Of a stretch of 64,000 nucleotides of DNA, positions 60,461 through 64,000 are shown piece after piece (position 1 is the first letter of the stretch; the number at the start of each line of letters is the position of its first letter). Source of the DNA: Felis catus (lineage: Eukaryota). The notes beneath the pieces are model-generated. The model saw only the letters and a list, made by a program, of their open reading frames with translations, was not told where the DNA came from and ran no database searches. The stretch is from assembly GCF_018350175.1 (NCBI RefSeq), contig NC_058375.1:4898001-4962000 (forward strand). The letters run 5' to 3'. The position numbers and the translations under genes are program-made.

Positions 60461-60475
60461 GTAATGTTTATTTAT

Positions 60476-60513
<38 letters not shown>

Positions 60514-60678
60514 GAGAGCAGGGAGGGGGCAGAAAGAGATAGAGACAGAATCCAAAGAAGGCTCCAGGCTCTGAGCTGTCAGCACAGAGCCTGACACAGG
60601 GCTCAAACTCAATGAGCTGTGAGATCATGACCTGAGCCAAAGTTGGACGCTCCAACGACTGAGCCACCCAGGCGCCCC
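60461..60678 (-). mobile_element. CAN-SINE (SINEC_Fc2-like) with expanded (GA)n
   Basis: TSD caatttat(c/t)aattt at 60447-60460 and 60679-60692. Confidence 0.96.
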
Positions 60679-61767
60679 CAATTTATTAATTTTTAAAAAG
60701 GATCTTGCTTTTGGAGTTATGTCAAGGAAATCTTCTTAGCCCCAGGTCATGATTCTTTTCCCACTTCTTTCTAAAACTTGTATGATATTTTAAATTGCAT
60801 TTAGATATATGATCTATTTTCAAGGTTTAGGTCAAGATTCTTTTTTTTTCCTTTTGTGTATATGGATGCCCAATTCTTACATTACCACTTGTTGAAAGAA
60901 AACATGATCCTTTCTTTTTTAAATTGCCTTTGCACCTTTGTTGAATCATTGAGGGTCTATTTTTGGACTTTACATCCTGTCCATTGACCTATATGTCTAT
61001 CACTTCACTAATACTACAGTGTCTTGATTACATGGTTTATAATAAGTCTTTGAATTATGTAATGAAATTTCTCCAACTTGTTTTCTTTTTCAGAATCATT
61101 TTGGCTATCTTAGTTCCTTTGCCTTTTGATATGAATTTATGAATCAGCTTGTCTATACCTACAAAAATTCCTGCTAGATTTGGACTGATATTGCATTAAA
61201 TCTATATATCACTTTGGAGAAAACTTTACTATGCCGAGTCTTCTAATTCATGACTGTGATAGATGTCCCCATTTATTTAGATCTGCTTTGATTTCTTTCA
61301 CCAGTATTTTGTAGTTTTCAGTACACAGATCCTGTAAAAAAATGCTCAGATTTAGTCCTAAGTATTTCAAATTTTGGGATCTATTGTAAATGGTATTTAA
61401 ACTTGTTTGTTTGTTTGCTTCTAATGGTTCATTGCTAGCATATAGGAACACAACTGATTTTTTTTGTGTGTTGACCTTGTACCTGTAACCTTGCTAAGCT
61501 CACCTGAGATCTAAGAGTGTTAATTTTGGGGGTAGATTTCTTAGAAATTTCTACACAGACGATCATGTTGTCTGAAAACAGTGACCATTTTACTTCTTCT
61601 TTTCCAATTTACATGACTTTTATTTCTTTTTCTTCTCTTATTGCATTGGCTAAGACTTCCATATAATGCTGAATAGGAGTTTTGAGAGTTGTGAGAGTCC
61701 TTGACCTGAACCAGTCTTAGAGGGAAAGCTTTCAGTCTGTCAACATTAAGGATAATGTTAGTTGTGG

Positions 61768-61799
61768 GTTTGTTTGTTTGTTTGTTTGTTTGTTTGTTT
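61768..61799. repeat. (GTTT)n
   Basis: Direct reading. Confidence 0.95.
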
Positions 61800-63239
61800 A
61801 CAAGTGCCCTTCATTTGGAGAGGAAATTTCCTTCTATTCCTATTTGGCTGAGACTTTTTTTATGAATGGATGAAGAATTTTTTCAAATGTTCTTTCTTCA
61901 TCAATTGATATAACCATATGGAGTTGCTTCTTTAAACTGTTAATATGGTGGATTACATTGATTCATGGATATTGAACCAGCTTTACATTCCCAGAATAAC
62001 ATCCATTGAGTCATAGTATATTACTCTACTTATATATTGCTGAATTTCATTTCATAATATTCTTTTGAGGGTTTTTGCATCCATATTCCAGAGGAAAACT
62101 GATCTGTAGTTTTCTTTTGTTATACTATCTTTATCTGGTTTTGGTATCAAAGTAATGCTGGTCTCATAAAATGAATCCAGAAGAATGTTCTTTTCTCTTC
62201 TGTTTTCTAGAAAAGATTGTGAAGAATCAGGTTTTTGTCTTGGGGGGTTTTTTTTGTTTTTGTTTTTGTTTGTTTTGTTTTATTTTGTTTTGTTTTAACA
62301 TTTGGTAGAATTTGCCAGTGAAACCATCTAGGCCTACAGAATTATTTTTTTCAGAAGGTTTTAAATTACAAGTTCAACTTATTTGATGGTTATAGAACTA
62401 TTCAGGTTACCTATTTCTTTTTGAGTTAATTTTGGTAGTTTGTAATTTTCAAGAAATTGGGTCATTTCATCCAACTTATTGAATTTATGTATGCAGAGTT
62501 GTTAGTTGTTTCCTTTATTGCTTTTTTCATGTCTGTAGGGTCTGTAGTGATAACACTTCTCTCATTCCTGTGTCTTTTTTCTTTTTTCTTTGTTAATCAT
62601 TGATCTTTCTTTTATTTATTTTTCAGTTAACAAGCTTTTGCTTTCATTTAGTTTCTCTCTTGTTTTCATGCTTATATTTATTATCTTTTTCTTTTGGCCT
62701 ACTTTGGGCTTAATTTGCTCTCATTTTGCTGGTTTCTTAAGGTAGAGGCTTACATTACTGATTTGAGACCTTTTTCTCTTTTTTTCCTACTATAAGCATT
62801 TAATGCTATGAATTTATTTTGAAGTACTGCTTTAGCTGCATCATACAGGTTTTAAAATGCTATGTTTTAATTGTTTATGTAGTTTAATGTATTTTATATT
62901 ATATTATGAGCCTTCTTGAGACTTTCTTATTCACCTATAGGTTATTTAAAAGAGTTGTCTTTTTAATTCCCAAGTATTTGCAGATGTTTCCATTATCTTT
63001 CTGTTATTGACTTCTGATTTAAGTCCATTGTCATCAGGGAACATACTTCATATTATTTCAGTTCTTTTACATTTTAAGATTTGTTTTATGACAAATTATA
63101 AGATCTTTGTTGTGAATGTTTCATGAACACTTAAAAAGAGTGCATTCTGCTGTTGGTGAGTGGAATGTCCTATAAATATCAATTAGATTTGGTTGGTTCA
63201 CGGTGTAATTCAGTTTTGATGAATGTCCTTGCTGATTTT

Positions 63240-63459
63240 TTTTTTTAATTTTTTTTCAACGTTTATTTATTTTTGGGACAGAGAGAAACAGAGCATGAAC
63301 GGGGGAGAGGCAGAGAGAGAGGGAGACACAGAATCGGAAACAGGCTCCAGGCTCCGAGCCATCAGCCCAGAGCCTGACGCAGGGCTCAAACTCACGGAGT
63401 GCGAGATCGTGACCTGGCTGAAGTCGGACGCTTAACCGACTGCGCCACCCAGGCGCCCC
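63240..63459 (-). mobile_element. Young feline CAN-SINE (SINEC_Fc1-like)
   Basis: TSD tgtccttgctgatttt at 63224-63239 and 63461-63476; CpG-rich diagnostic variant. Confidence 0.97.
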
Positions 63460-63754
63460 GTGTCCTTGCTGATTTTATGTCTACTTATTCTTTTATTACT
63501 GAGAGAAAAGTATTAAAGCCTCTAATGGAGTTGTGGGTTTTTGTGTTTTTCCCTTCATTTCTTTTGAGTTTTGCTTCATGTATTCTGAAGGTTTTTTGTT
63601 AGGTGCATACGCATTTAGGTTTGTCATGTCTTGGTTCTTCTTTATATTCTCTATTTATTTTCTGAGACTCTTTATGTTTACATTTTGAAAGAGTGTTTTA
63701 CCTTTACTTCTTGGAATATCTTTTTATTTAAAAATTTTTTTAATCTTTATTTTT

Positions 63755-63986
63755 AAATTATTATTTAAAAAAATTTTTTTAACATTTATTTATTTTGAGG
63801 GAGAGAATGACAGAGTGTAAGGGAGGGAGTGGCAGAGAGAGAGACACACACACACAGAAGCCAAAGCAGGCTCCAGGCTCTGAGCTGTCGGCACAGAGCC
63901 CGATGCAGGGCTCGAACTCATGAACTGCAAGATCATGACCTGAGCCAAAGTTGGATGCTTAACCAAGTGAGCCACCCAGGTGCCCC
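63755..63986 (-). mobile_element. CAN-SINE (SINEC_Fc2-like)
   Basis: Ends gagccacccaggtgcccc; TSD taa(t/c)ctttattt at 63741-63752 and 63987-63998. Confidence 0.93.
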
Positions 63987-64000
63987 TAACCTTTATTTAT

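Larger units (their letters stand above)
59770..63700 (-). mobile_element. Ancient L1 (L1MC-like) 3' UTR plus ORF2, antisense
   Basis: ORF2 relic LKYLGLNLSIFLQDLCTENYKILVKEIKADLNKW (61248-61451, minus strand); L1MC-type UTR aaatggaatcatacagtgtgcaacctttgagactggcttctttcattcag. Confidence 0.9.
6123..64000 (+). other. CAMTA1: CAMTA1 downstream intron (5' part; continues past the window)
   Basis: The next CG-1 exon (CLYGCYVHSS...) is not seen in the ORF track or sequence. Confidence 0.8.

Noticed and set aside
1-64000. CRISPR arrays, prokaryotic operons, intact viral or ERV coding sequence
   Set aside because: None seen; this is mammalian intron with only solo LTRs and decayed repeats.

Overview
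Mammalian genomic DNA from a felid, judged by feliform CAN-SINEs that include young cat-type copies. The whole window lies inside the CAMTA1 gene on the + strand. The only protein-coding sequence I can support is the 3' part of one CAMTA1 CG-1 DNA-binding-domain exon (6021-6122, KKVKYRKDGYCWKKRKDGKTTREDHMKLKVQGVE, followed by a GT donor). Its 5' part and acceptor are hidden in an N gap. The rest is intron. It contains 15 CAN-SINEs (most with visible target-site duplications, TSDs) and a ~10 kb nested block of ancient L1 at 23.3-33.1 kb. There are also other L1, L2 and MIR relics, ERVL/MaLR solo LTRs (LTR33-, MLT1-, MER74-like), hAT MITEs (MER53, MER58A, MER33, MER5, Arthur1A/MER69A) and microsatellites. 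Several repeat-free AT-rich islands look like conserved non-coding elements. All other ORFs in the track are decayed L1/SINE fragments or chance ORFs in GC-rich DNA. I did not find convincing evidence of a new biological system. The best leads are: (1) the five N gaps appear to sit over the most conserved sequences; (2) an RFX X-box/E-box/GC-box cluster at 36.2-36.6 kb; (3) the CNE-like islands; (4) the datable nested insertion stack; (5) a fold-back microsatellite. Repeat subfamily names are from recalled consensus sequences, and boundaries of old repeats are approximate.
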